Assembly: GCF_000143415.4 (NCBI RefSeq)
Contig: NW_003314275.1
Coordinates: forward strand, 248,001-312,000
Source: Selaginella moellendorffii
Taxonomy: Eukaryota > Plantae > Lycopodiophyta
Direction of reading: 5' to 3'
Length of the DNA: 64,000 nucleotides
Under the pieces are notes generated by a model. It was given only the letters and a program-made list of their open reading frames with translations. It had not been told where the DNA came from and did no database searches. Positions 12,683-25,400 of the stretch are shown piece after piece. Each line of letters begins with the position of its first letter. Position 1 is the first letter of the stretch. The translations under genes were made by a program, and so were the position numbers.

Positions 12683-13364
12683 AACTGAGAATTTTTTTGA
12701 GAAATAATCTGAAATTCTTTCTCCATTGCAGAGGTGCAGATGGAATTATCTTAGGTGGTGAGATTTAAGGACTTTGTAGATTCTAGAATCAAGAGCAAGT
12801 GCCATTATTAAAACTGAAAGATTCATTTTTTATTTTTTTGCATGTAGTATGTTGTATTATTCAGGTTTCTGATGGTTTATGTTATAATGGTAAAACAAAT
12901 AATGATAATTGATTACAATTTTAATTATAAAATATTAATTATATTTAAAAAGTTTTAAGCAAAGTTTTTGAAAGTATAGAATATCATTCCAACACTTAGA
13001 TATAAAATAGTAAAGGTAACATACTCACATTGTTAAAGAAAATTGGGTTTAAGAGTTAACTTTCAATATTACTAGTAATGAAAGCTATAAAGATATTGAA
13101 GTTGATACTAATACAAATAAATATTATTTAGATGAGTGATAAGCTATGTGTGGTGATGTGGTTGCCACTAAAGTATCATCAACTTTATCATTGCATCCAA
13201 TTAGAGTTGCTATTAATAATATATTATGGATTTAATTTATGTAATATTGTATTTTAATTGTAGCACTACTGAAATATAATTATTAAACAATAAGAAAAAC
13301 TTTTGTAACTATTATAAATTATAACTACAAGTGAAAATTTGAAAAAACTTTAGGATAAGCCATA

Positions 13365-13948
13365 TATAAACAACCAAAGAGAACGACTCAAGAAACGATT
13401 TATATGGGTTTAAATATAAAGGGAAAGGGCTTATGAATAAAAGTGCATTCCCTTTTTTAATTAGTTAAGGGTTTTAGAATATTTAAGGTTATGTGTCATT
13501 GGGTTTGAATAGTACTAGGTTGGGTGACCTCCCAAGAAGTCCAAACTCACAAGTTTACAATTTAGTATCAGAGTGATTTTGTGTTCGACTCTGTTGGTTG
13601 GCTAAGGGAATCATACCATATGTTGATTGACATCTGGCTAGTCTAATTTGCTCCGGCTGTGCTCGACCCGAGGGGTAAGGTGTCAAGAAAGCGGGGCTCT
13701 TGGGAAAGCTGTGGCTCTCAGCTTCCATTCACAAGGGCGTGAACTTGCAAAGAAGTATGGTAAATTGTAAGCAACCAAAGGGAACAACTTGTAATGGTTC
13801 AAATATAAAGGGAAAATGCCCATAAACAAAAATACACCCTCTTTTCCAATCGATTAAGTATTTTAGGATATTTAGGGTTAATTGTCATTGGGTTTGAATA
13901 TTACTGGGTTGGGTGATCTTCTGGGAAGTCCAAATTTAAGAGCTTACA
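13365..13948 (+). mobile_element. Cassandra-like TRIM (non-autonomous LTR element with 5S rRNA-derived LTR segment)
   Basis: Direct repeats at 13365-13559 and 13766-13948, TSD CCATA on both sides, degenerate tRNA-iMet PBS TAGTATCAGAGT at 13563-13574, and a 206-bp noncoding interior. The LTRs contain AGTACTAGGTTGGGTGACCTCCCAAGAAGTCC and TACTGGGTTGGGTGATCTTCTGGGAAGTCC, matching the 3' half of plant 5S rRNA. Confidence 0.88.
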
Positions 13949-14299
13949 CCATATTTTCAGCTGCTACTCATAAATTTCTTCTCACTACACTTCATGTTAG
14001 TTTTTGTTTTTATTAGGCATACAAAAAAGCCTATTTTTGTTAAAGTGAAACTATTTGCAGGTCTCACTTAGTATATTAATCATTTTCTTAATTATATTAT
14101 CTAAAACACATATACTTATCTAATTAATTAGGCTTAATTAAAGAATATTCAAGCTTGATTCCTATTATACAGCAAATAATTATTATAAAGTGAGAGTTGT
14201 TTACAAACAAAACCCACTCATGTGCAAAACAGTAGATATACCAAAGATATATTTATTAAAGTGCAAGTACATTACTATATTTTCACCTCTTATATCAAA

Positions 14300-16750
14300 A
14301 TTTCTAGCTAATAAAACCTTGTTTCTTAATAGTACATATCATCATGTAAGTGGTAGAACTTATTGATATATGGAAACATCTTTGGATACATCTTATAGAC
14401 TAACATCTTCAACTTGATTTCATATGATGTTTTTTCTATTATAGCATCCACAAAAGTGACTTTCTGTGCATCAGTATACATACCAATAAAGTTTAAATTG
14501 AAAGCCACAGATGTGTAAAAATGGTAAGTTCATTTAATTTTGTTGAAAGCGATCTCTGCCAAAAATTTAATCAGTTTCATATCTTGTGATCAAAGAGGTT
14601 TTGATAAGTAATAAAGTTGCCAATCCTTTGCCTCCAACTTCTTCTCAAAAAACTCATACGTGTAAAATTGTTAGAACATTAGATAATCCCCAATATGATC
14701 ACTCACATAAGATTTATATCAGAGAAGACATCTGTTACGCTTTATAAGTTTATTGAGTGTATCTGCTAGAGTACATAATTCACCAGTATCTAGTTTGTTG
14801 GGGTCAAATGTACAAGGATGCAAACATTCAAACTGTCTTAAACAGTAACATTTATTTGGTGTGTCATTTAGAATGAAAACTTCAAACTCACTGATGTCTA
14901 GATGAAGTTTCAACACCATTTCTTCCATCTTGAGCTTGAAATTTTTGAAAGATTTCTCTAGTATAATTTGACCAAGCTCATTGCAAATGTCTTCATCATG
15001 CATTTTATATCAAAATATGTTTGTTAGCACACCAAGCCTCCCCAAAGCATATTCAAGGTTAAAATCTCAAGAGCTTGTCCAAAGGGCCAATGTCATATCA
15101 TACTGATCTGACAAATTGTGCATATGCAATAGAAACTTTATTGCACCTGACTGGAGTAATAGCTTTTCTTTGTTCTTGTCCCTGAAGCTAATATAATGCT
15201 TAACTGTGAGGATGCTATATATCTCAAATAGAGAAAGATATTTTCGTGGACAATATTAGCCTATGACCTCACGCTAAGGGCAAAGACAAAAATGTTTACC
15301 TCAGAATCCAGTTGATTCACTTTGTTTGTCTTTTTCTTGGCAAGTTTCCTGAGTCTCTCCTAGTGGTGGCAACTATGTCCAAGCTTGTCATTGAGGCTAC
15401 TCTTGTGCTGGTTCTTTGCCTTCATGTGCGCAAGATTGGATATCTCAATGATGGTATCTTGTGGTGTTGATCCCTTCATGATTTAGAAGTATCACATTGA
15501 GAATTTTGCCTACATCTCCTTCGTGTATATTAGGTTAGAAGAGATCTCTTGCATTGCTTTTGTCGAGTGCTGCCCAGACATGATGATGAATTGTTTCCTT
15601 GCTTATCCTTTCAACAAATGTCCAAGCATCCTTGTCCATAGTGATTGGGATTGCATCACCTAGATCCACTGAGTTCTCCTGTACAATCATCAGCTCCTTG
15701 AGGGTTTTCACCCATCGTGGACAAAGAGTGTAGTGATTGTAGTTTGCATCAATGATGCACCGAGACACTAGGAGTTTGTAGAGATTATTGAAGTAGTAGT
15801 GATTGTACCTCAAGAAGAGTGTCCCGTCGATGCTAGTCCTTTTTTTCACCCCTATTGTTGTAATTGTGCTGTCATATTTCACCCTTTTGCTCCTCTCTTT
15901 GGAGCCTTCATTTCTATCATCTCTTGGTTTATTTATTGCATGACACTTTTTCTTCTTGCTTTGTATGGAGGTTTTTGTTGCCAGCTCATCCCTGCACTAT
16001 TGCTTGCAACCTTGCTCCAAAGTTCACATCTAACCCTCTTCTGTAATGGTTCATCATCATCATCTTTTTTTTATGATGAGAAGGACTCTTGTCTTGAATT
16101 TCATCACTACTCTTGTCACTTTCTGTCTTGCTATTATCCTCTTCATTATCATTGTGTTGTACCTTATCTTTCGCTTGGATGTCATCATCTCTTTTGTCTT
16201 CATTATCCTCACTGTCCTGATCATTAGATGTTGATGTTAATGAGGATGTATCGCTTAAGGTATGCTTATCGTCAACAACCTGATCTACCTTATGTCCATC
16301 ATTTGGATTGTAGTTGGAAATGTCAAGGAATGGATGCTCCGATTCTTATGTTTCTCTCTGATCAAAAAGTCTCTCAGTTAGAATCCTATTATTGACTGTC
16401 CACAACAACAATGCCCTTGACAAGGTTAGTCTATCTTTGAGGATTCCATAAGTAGTGAAGGTTGTATGGATTCCTTTCTCTACAAGATCTATTGTAGTTG
16501 ATGGAATAAACTCTAAGTCTTGAATGATATTCCTGATGAATGTCTTTTGAAGCTTTGTATAAATAACCCTCCTTCCCTATTCATGTCTTTGTCAAGAATC
16601 TCCTCTTCTTTGATGACAATCCCATAGACTATTAGATTTTTTGGGTTGGTAAGATCCACCAACACTAGATCATCTTATATCTCCAACGTGCACTTCTGTG
16701 GTAGTGTGGAGTTGCAGCCTCTTTTCACTTTGACGGACTCATGTAAAAGT
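14300..16750 (-). pseudogene. Decayed ORF of unknown function, probably a transposon accessory gene
   Basis: Broken protein-like minus-strand ORFs (14326-14508, 14719-15003, 15535-15882) and a D/E/K-rich stretch near 15.9-16.3 kb. Not recognised as any family. Confidence 0.35.
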
Positions 16751-16831
16751 GTTTTAGATTGCTGGGCCTAGAAACACGAAAGAATTTATTAGAATTACTT
16801 AAAATACTTTTGAAACGGGAGAGAATGGATC

Positions 16832-19800
16832 CTAGTGTGAAGCCTCATGCTAAGTGAAAGGGGTAATGGAAGTAATTATATAAGAGGTTAATAGCATGAG
16901 GGCTCAAGAATGGATGAAGGGGTAGTGGAGGTAATTTTATAGGAGGTTATTAGCATAAAGCCTCACATTTAAGAATGGATGGGTGTGTGGGGAGAAAAAT
17001 ACACATGTGGTATCAGAGTAAATAGTACGGGTTCAATTCTTTCAAATTCAAATTATGTATTTGGCAGGAACATATATATCTGCCTCACATAGAATAATTA
17101 ATTTATATAATGGAATTGCCCCTTTTGCTATTCCTTGAATTACATACCACATGGCAAACCTTTGGAAAGGTAGCATGTTTGAAATTGCATGTTACATGGC
17201 ATAATTTAGAACAAAGCTTGCCCATTTGTCTTATGGACAAATGTTCAAGCAAGATTACTGTCAAGAAACTAAACAAACCAAAATCCTATTAGCACTTTAG
17301 CATGAGGCTTCACGCTAATCCTTAAACATGAGTCCAGTCACAATGTGTTGATGAAGATTACTAGCACAAGGCCTCACTTAGGATTGCTTGTGATATTTTT
17401 CCTAGTTTCTTAGTGACAATCTTATTCACTTGTGCAATAAACATGCATGCAAAGGAGATTGCTGTTGAGAAACTAAGCTAGAGGAGGTGGGTGGGCTTTA
17501 TTTCTTGGCATGAGGCCTCACGCTAAGGTTTTTGTGTCATCCATTTGCAGATTGGATTAAGGTATTATGGAGGGATGAAGTCATTTTCTTGGCATGAGGC
17601 TTCATGCTATTCATTTATAGGCATTTGTTTCTTACTACTTTAGGTGTCTAGGTGAGTAATCTTACTCACCAATTCATCTTTGGGGTAAATGTTCAAACAA
17701 AATTGCTCTTGAAACACTTGCAAAACTGGGGAAACAATGGAATGTTGTACGTTTAGATGTTTGTTTAGCATAAGACTTCATGCTAAGTTTTTTACATGAG
17801 GTTGGACACCATACTTTTGTGGGTGGGCTTTAGGTGTGCTGATATGATGAAGGCTTTTCATGGCATGAGGCCTCACACTAAAGGCTTCACCAAAAGACTT
17901 AGTGCAAAGCCTTAAGTGAGGCCTTATGCTAAGGAAATTTTTTATTTTGTACTTTTGTTTTGGCTTTAGCCAGGCTTAGATTTTTCCCGACTATTAGTTT
18001 CAGGAAAGGTAACTGGCTTTAGTGCGAGGCCTCACACTAGATTTTTTCTGGCTATTATTTCAGTAAAGGTGACTGGCTTTAGCACAAGGCCTCACACTTA
18101 GACTTTTTCATGGCAATAGGAAAGGTGACTGGCTTTAGCACAAGGCCTCATGCTTAGACTTTTCCATGGCTATCGGTTTCAGGAGAAGTGATTGGCTTTG
18201 GTGTGAGGCCACACGCTTACATGTCCAAGATAATGGCCTTAGCGTGAAGTTGCACATTAAATTTTGGCTTGGTGCAGGAGCTATTAAATTAACGTGAGAC
18301 CTCATGCTAAACCTTTCAGTCTGGGTTGGAAAAGTCCCACACCAAGCTTGGCTTTCCATGTGAAATGGAAGTCAATGGTGAGGGTTAGGGTTCCTAAGAG
18401 AGGGAGAGGGGGAGAGGGAGAGGAGGAGAGGGAGAGGAGAAAAAACTCACAATTTTTTGCTCATGCTGCCTCGTTTGCTCCCATTGTTGAAACCCTAAAA
18501 AATGGTAAGTTTAGCATTGACACGTGTGGGAATATTCTGCACTTGAAAATTCTTAATGTGATGTCACACGCTAAAGCATTAGACATACCAAATGAAAATA
18601 TTTTTAGATTTATAATATAATATGCTTTTTAGATGTAAAATTTTTACAATGTTGCACAATATTTTTTAGTATAGAAAAAAGAGTAAAATTGCTATTTATA
18701 AAAGACATAAGAGAAAACTACAACAATGTTTTTTTGTGTTTATCCATTTTATCTCTTTTTCTTCCATTTTTCAGAAAAATATATCTTTTGAATTTTGCTC
18801 TTTGTACCACATTATTTGTGTTGTATGATTTGTCATAAAAGTATAACTTTTGGAGTTTCCTCCTTGTACTAAATTATTTCACTTATCAATATTGTACAAC
18901 TTTTGAATTTCCCTTCTTGTACCACATTATTTGTTTATTCTCACTTGTCAATATAGTATAACTTTTGAATTTTCCTTTTTAGGCCACATTAATTATTTTA
19001 ATTCAGTTGTCAAAATTGTACAATTTTTGAGTTTCCCTCACTTTATGCTCATTTAGAATTTTCCATTGTCTAGGGCAAGAGTTCAACAATGCATATTTCA
19101 AGTGGCAAGGCTTTGGTTGTGGATTTTGTAAGTGCAGGACATTAGCACATTTCCATATAACATTTATCAAAGTGGTGATTTATATGAGTTTGCATATTCA
19201 TTTTTGCTATTAGAGCTAAATGGACATTGGGCTTTAATTTAGGTTTTTTAAAAGTTTCCTAGTTTAACTTGAATATGATATTTCAGCCATGTCAACATAA
19301 TAGTAAGCCTCAATTAAATACTTTTGTTTTTTATTTCTTGGTATGTGGCCTCACACTTAGCTTAGCTCAATGTTTTTTTTCATGTTTACTTGCTTTGTTT
19401 TTTTAGTGTGTGGCCTCATGCCAAACTCTTTTTGGAGTTGTTTGATAAAACAATTTTTTCTTAATATGTGGCCTCACCCCAAGCTCATTGCTTTTACAAT
19501 TGTTATGGGCCGTGTGAGTTCCTCAATGTGAACTCACACGGCCCATTTTGCTTCATCAAGTGGATTGCTTTTACAATTGTTATGGTAAAATGTTTTTTGC
19601 TTAGTGAGTAACCTTGTGCTAAATTTTGTTGGAGTTAATCTCTGGAAATATTTTTTGCTTAGTGTGTGGCCTTAAATGTGAGAAAACATTTTTTGCTTAG
19701 CATATGGCCTTGTGCTAAGCTTTTTCTGGAGTCAATTTATGGAATCATTTTTTGCTTAGCATGAGACCTCATACTAAGCTTTTTTTAGGGTCAATCTGTA

Positions 19801-20016
19801 AAAATGTTTTTAGCACGTCTAAAAAACATCTTGCACTAAATTTGTTTTTAGATCAGTCTGTAAAATGTTTTTAACTTAGCGTGTGCCCTTGCACCAAGAT
19901 TTTTCTGGAATCATACTATGAAAATATTTTTTGCTAAGCATGTGGCATCATATTAAGCTTTTTCTAGAGTCATTTTGTGAAAATATCTTTTGCTAAATGT
20001 GTAGCCTTGTGCCAAG
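16832..20016. repeat. Array of ~30 degenerate 22-bp palindromes (consensus TTAGCGTGAGGCCTCACGCTAA) with ~59-60-bp tandem sub-arrays
   Basis: Copies at e.g. 16832, 17297, 17505, 17765, 18019, 18079, 18135, 18289, 19403 and 19756. Tandem ~60-bp units occur at ~17970-18250 and ~19590-20016. An unrelated ~60-bp tandem lies at ~18780-19050. Confidence 0.85.
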
Positions 20017-21520
20017 CTAACTTTTGAATTTTTTAAGCTTGTTTTGTAGTCATTATTTTTAAATTGCACAATCTTTATTTCTAATCTCTTTTATCCTTGT
20101 GATTAAGCTTGCTTTTTTGGCCTCATATCAAGGTCAAATTGTAATATGTATTTTACAAAATTTATTTTTATTTTTATTTTTTATATATGATTTTTTCCTC
20201 AGTATTTTTATATTATGCCATATTATTTGAACTAGTTCTATATATAATTTAAATTTGATCTTGATTTTTGTTTTTTATTTCAATTTCATGAAGGTAGTGT
20301 GGTCTATATGCAAAATACCACACAATCTCTAATAAATATCAGAAGAATTGAATTTCTTGATAAGAAACGTATTTATTATTATGTTTCTTTGGGATATAGA
20401 AATGTTTTGGTTTATATACTTTAAGTCTATAATAGTAATGTCACTAGGGGTGAGTTATTTATTAGAGTACTTTTTGTTTAAAGGTAATATCAATTTATGG
20501 AAGAAGATTATTCTTCTAGTTTTGATGAACATGGTGGATTTCCAGGTTTTACACAAAATGATACAATAAAAATAACCACACTTTTTGTTGTAAATATAAA
20601 TAATTAATCCACCTAGTCTGGTGCTGTTGTGAAGCTAATGGATAACAATCAAGTTATTATTGTTGATAAGCTAGTTACTATTATTGATTTTGAGGATTTT
20701 TTACACAATATAGCACTTGGTTGGGATCAACTTAGAATCTTAATATCTATTACCCTACCTTCCAGCAATATTCAACTGAGTTATCTTGTCCATTAGAGAT
20801 TGTCACATGTTATTTTTGAAAATATATTTATCCTTCTAGAACGATAACATCTTCAACTGGCTTAAGAAAAAAAAGGCAAAAATATACATTCATCAAAAGA
20901 TCCCAAAAAACACAAAAATAAGATTCAATGACATCTAATATAAAAAGTATTATAAATGCCATAATGGTTTCAACAATTGACTATTGTGGTTTAAGATGTT
21001 GTCAATAAGCTCATTGAGAAGTTGAGGAGGAAAACTAAAAACTTCTTTAAACATTTGACTAGAAACAAAAATGTAATTTTGTTTATGAGGTTTTATTGAT
21101 AGCCATCTTTTATTAGAACATCTGTGAGGGCCAAGTGTACAGCTACGATGCCGTATACTAATATTAGCGTAGTGGATTTTGGTAGCCGTCGGATTGGTTT
21201 CAATCCGGACCACTTGCTCCTGTATATAAGCTAGGGTTTTTGGGCTAATTGATATGCACATTTCTGTATTCCCTTTCCATATTCCAGGCACTCACATTGG
21301 TGGAGATGAGGGGCACCTTTGATTGTCCCTGAGGAGTGCTTGGATTTGGGATTTTGATTTAGATCTAGCTTTTGCATCGTCTAGATCTAGCTTTTTCCAT
21401 TTCCTTTCTTTTGTTCTTTCTTTTGGTTTAGATCTAGTTTTTTGCGTTGTCTAGATCTACCATTTCCTTCTAGCTTTTTGTCATCTCTCTTCTTTTGCTC
21501 TTTCTTTTTCGTTCATCTTC

Positions 21521-22453
21521 ATGGCAGATCTGCAATCTCCTCCTTTGACTCTAGAGCAGCAGTTGGTACAATTGCTTGATGCTATGTGCTTGCAATTGAA
21601 CAACCAAACTCAGTTGATGGCGGCATTCACGGCACGTGGTACAACTCCTCCTGCTCTTGGTGCTAATCCTCGCGTTCGGCCGGAGTTCTTTCGCGGGAAT
21701 CCTGGGGATGATGTGTACCATTGGTTCGATCACTTCACGGTGATTGCCACATATCATTCTTGGGATGATGCTCGACGTTTGCGTGAGTTTCCCACGTGTC
21801 TCCAAGGGACGGCGTTGCAGTGGTACAATGGTTTGAGCGCAGCCACTCGTGGGGATTGGAGTGTTCTCCCAGACGTCTTCAAACGCACCTTCGGACATGC
21901 CGATGATTGTGATGATGCTTTCCAACAATTGCATCGTCTTCGCCAAGGGCCATCTGAGTCAGTGATGCAATTTGGCGTTCGTTTCCGAAGTCTTTTGCTT
22001 CGTGCGGAGCCAAATATGTCGGAGCGGATCAAGCTAGAAATGTTGTGGCCAGCACTTCGTCAAGATCTTGTCGGACTTGTGCATGCACTTGCTCCTGCCA
22101 CCCTTGACGATGCTCTTCGCTTGGCACAACGTTATGAGACGTCACCTCTTCCACTTCTCGCTGCACGTCCTTCCGCTCCACTTCCTATGGGTGATGGTCC
22201 TGTTCCAATGGAGGTTGATGCTGCTGCTGCTCGAGTCCAAGGACAAGCGCGAGGACGTGGTCATGGCCGTGATGTTCGCTGCTGGGCGTGTGATGAAGTT
22301 GGTCATACTTATCGGCGTTGCTGTCGTTTTCCGGATTGGCGACCTCCATTTCCTGGGTGGAGACCTTGGCGTCAGCAACGTCCCGTGGGTGCTGCTACAG
22401 TGGAAGGTCTGGACACCGAGATGCATCCGGGAAACGAGGAGTCGCGCGAGTAA
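21521..22453 (+). CDS. gag: Gag (capsid + CCHC zinc knuckle)
   Basis: Retrotransposon gag motif LQGTALQWY, plus PVPMEVD and CWACDEVGHTYRRC. Confidence 0.95.
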   Translation: MADLQSPPLTLEQQLVQLLDAMCLQLNNQTQLMAAFTARGTTPPALGANPRVRPEFFRGNPGDDVYHWFDHFTVIATYHSWDDARRLREFPTCLQGTALQWYNGLSAATRGDWSVLPDVFKRTFGHADDCDDAFQQLHRLRQGPSESVMQFGVRFRSLLLRAEPNMSERIKLEMLWPALRQDLVGLVHALAPATLDDALRLAQRYETSPLPLLAARPSAPLPMGDGPVPMEVDAAAARVQGQARGRGHGRDVRCWACDEVGHTYRRCCRFPDWRPPFPGWRPWRQQRPVGAATVEGLDTEMHPGNEESRE

Positions 22454-22492
22454 TGGAGGGACCTTGCGCGAATAAATCAGTGACCCCTCCAT
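22429..22492 (+). promoter_or_regulatory. -1 programmed ribosomal frameshift signal (G GGA AAC + H-type pseudoknot)
   Basis: The slippery heptamer is in the correct gag register, followed by a 6-nt spacer. Stem 1 is 22442-22450/22463-22471 and stem 2 is 22453-22460/22485-22492. Confidence 0.88.
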
Positions 22493-25400
22493 CTTTCTTT
22501 CGGGAGTATCATCAAGGGGTTCACTCGGCACCGGTTCATCCCGTGTTTACTTTCCAAGCTCATTTTTATAACAAGAGGTCTCCTATTATTCTCTCCGTGT
22601 TGGTTGATACAGGTTCGAGTTTATCTTCTATTGCTCGACCTGTTACCACACGTTGTCGTTTACACTTGCGTCGTGCGGCGGAACCAGTTTTCATTCTTTA
22701 TGGCAACGGCCGTACACATGCATGTGCACGGGATGAGGTGGACCTGGTTGTGCGTGTGGGCGATCTCGAGCTTGAGTTGCAGTCGTTGCGGGTGGTGCCG
22801 AGTCAAGCTTTTGACCTCATTCTTGGTATGGATTGGTTGCAGGGCAATCATGCCAAGTGTGACTTTGAGGCTTCTCCCCCTTGTCTCATACTTCCTTATG
22901 TTTCATCCATTCCTCTCACTTCCATACCTCTTCGTCCCTCTACTTCTACCTCTGCTTCCATTACTTTTGTTCCCCCACTCTTTCCTTCTGGGTTTCCATC
23001 TTGTTCTGCTTTTCCCTTTTCCGATCCCTCCGACGATCTTTGTGTTGCAGAAGTTGACCGGCTCATGAAAGAGTATTCTGATCTCTTTGAATTTGACCTA
23101 TCGTCTGGGGCGAAGATTGCCACACGTCATCCGATTCCAACCGGGGATGCTCGTCCAATCAAGGTTCCTGTTCGTCGTCGGTCACCTAAGGAGATCAAGA
23201 TTTTACGAGCCAATGTCAAGGAAATGCTGGAGAAGGGTGTTATTCGGAAGTCGCGGAGTCCTTGGGCATGTGAACCTCATCTTGTGACGAAGCCTGATGG
23301 GAGTATTCGTTTCTGCATCGACTATCGCCCGTTAAACGAAGTGACGATCCCAGATGTGTATCCTCTTCCTCACACTGCTGATCTCTTAGATCGTCTGGGG
23401 CGAAGTCGTTGGTTCACCAAGCTAGATCTTGCTTCTGGGTATTGGCAAGTACCGATGGCCGAAGAAGATATTCCTAAGACTGCTTTTCGTACACCATTTG
23501 GTTTGTACGAGTTCTTGGTGATGCCGTTTGGTTTGAACAATGTTCCCGCAACTTTCCAGCGGATGATGGATGAGGTTCTTTGCGATATGCCGGAAGTGAC
23601 TGCTGACTTCATTGATGATGTCTTGATCCACTCGGAGGGGACATGGGAGGAGCACGTTCGTGATGTTTGTAAAGTGTTGGATCGGCTACGGGATGTTGGT
23701 TTAAAGCTGAAGCGGTCAAAGTGCGTGTTTGGATCCAAGGACACAACTTATCTTGGGTACCGTATTTCTCGTGAGGGTTTGCAAGTTGATCCTGACAAAC
23801 TTGTGGCTGTTCTAAAGTTCCCTACTCCGAAATGTGTGAATGATGTGCAACGCTTTTTGGGTAAGGTGCAGTATCTCGGTCGTTTTGTGGATCATCTTTC
23901 CGATCGCACTACACCATTGCGAGCGTTGCTGAAGTCATCAACGTCATCTTTCATCTGGTCTCCGGATTGTGAGCGGGCGTTCGTGGATCTCAAAGAGCTA
24001 TTGACGACTCCTCCGGTTTTGGCATATCCTGACTACACTCGACCTTTTATTTTGCGCGTGGATGCTTCTGACATTGGTCTTGGAGGTGTGTTGATGCAAG
24101 AGAGCTCGAGTGTGCCTGGTCAGCGCCATCCCATTGCATACATAAGCCGTACATTACAACCAGCGGAGATGAACTACTCCACGATGGAGAAGGAGTGTTT
24201 AGCAGCAGTCTGGGGTTTCGAGAAACTTCATGCATATCTACATGGTTCTCGGACGTTACTTGAAGGTGACCATGCTGCTGTTACTTCATTATTGAAGCGG
24301 AAGAACCTGGTTGGTCGTACGGCTCGATGGGCTTTGAAGCTTCAGATATATGATTTCGATGTTATTCATCGCCCAGGGAGTTCTATGGCTGATGCTGATG
24401 CCCTTTCTCGAGCTCCTCTTCCTTCTCCACTCACTTCTCATGTTTCTGACGAACCTGTTGTTCCAGCGTCTGTGGATTTTCTAGATGAGGATTCTGTGCC
24501 GTCGGCGGTTGCTGTCCTTGACGTTCAGTGTCCACAGGGCGCAGAGCAAGATCTACCTTCTCTTGATGAGGTTCGCGAGGCTCAAAAGATTGAGCCGTGG
24601 ATTCGAAGGCTTCGAAATGGGTTTGAGAATCCTGCATCACTTGCTGATGACTTGCCTTTCCGGCATTTACATTCTCAATATCGCCTTGAAGATGGCCTTC
24701 TTTATTTTGTGGGGACGGATCCTGATGATCATTTACGGTTGGTGGTGCCTTCGGTGTTTATTCCGCGGTTTCTCCATGCCTACCATGATTCTCCTGTTCT
24801 AGGTGGGCATATGGGACACCGTCGTGTCACCGAGAAGCTGCGCAGGTCTTTCTATTGGCCGGAGATGCGACGTGATATTATCCGGTATGTGCGTAGCTGC
24901 GTTTGGTGCCAAGCTCGTAATACTCCCCCTTGTGCTGCAGAAGGACGGTTGGAGTCAATTGCAATTTCCCGTCCGTTTGAGTTGGTGGCGTTTGATCTTA
25001 TGGGACCTTTTCCACGATCGACTGCTGGCAATGAGTATGTTATTATTGCTTCTGACTACTTGACTCGTTGGGTGGAAGTTGGTGCTCTTGCTAGCGCCTC
25101 TGCAACTGCTGTTGGATACTTCCTCCTCAATCGAGTGGTGTTCCAGCATTCTTGTCCAGAGCGGATTCTTTCGGATAATGGTCCTGCATTTATGGCTGAG
25201 GTATTTCATGTTTTGACATCTCGGTTGGGGATACGCCACACTTTTATGAGTGCTTATCATCCACAATCAGACGGTCTGGTGGAACGGCTCGTTCGGACAT
25301 TCAAAGGGATGATTGCGAAGTATGTGAACTTTCAACATTCGGATTGGGATGGTTATTTGCCGTCTCTTCGGTATGCCTATGTCACAGGGGTGCAGAGTTC

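Noticed and set aside
13486-13931. 5S rRNA genes
   Set aside because: Only ~57 bp of the 3' half is present, it is diverged, and it sits inside LTRs, so these are not functional rRNA genes.
16832-20016. CRISPR-like look of palindromic repeats with spacers
   Set aside because: Eukaryotic context, no cas genes, degenerate repeats, irregular spacing, and spacers related to each other within the tandem sub-arrays.
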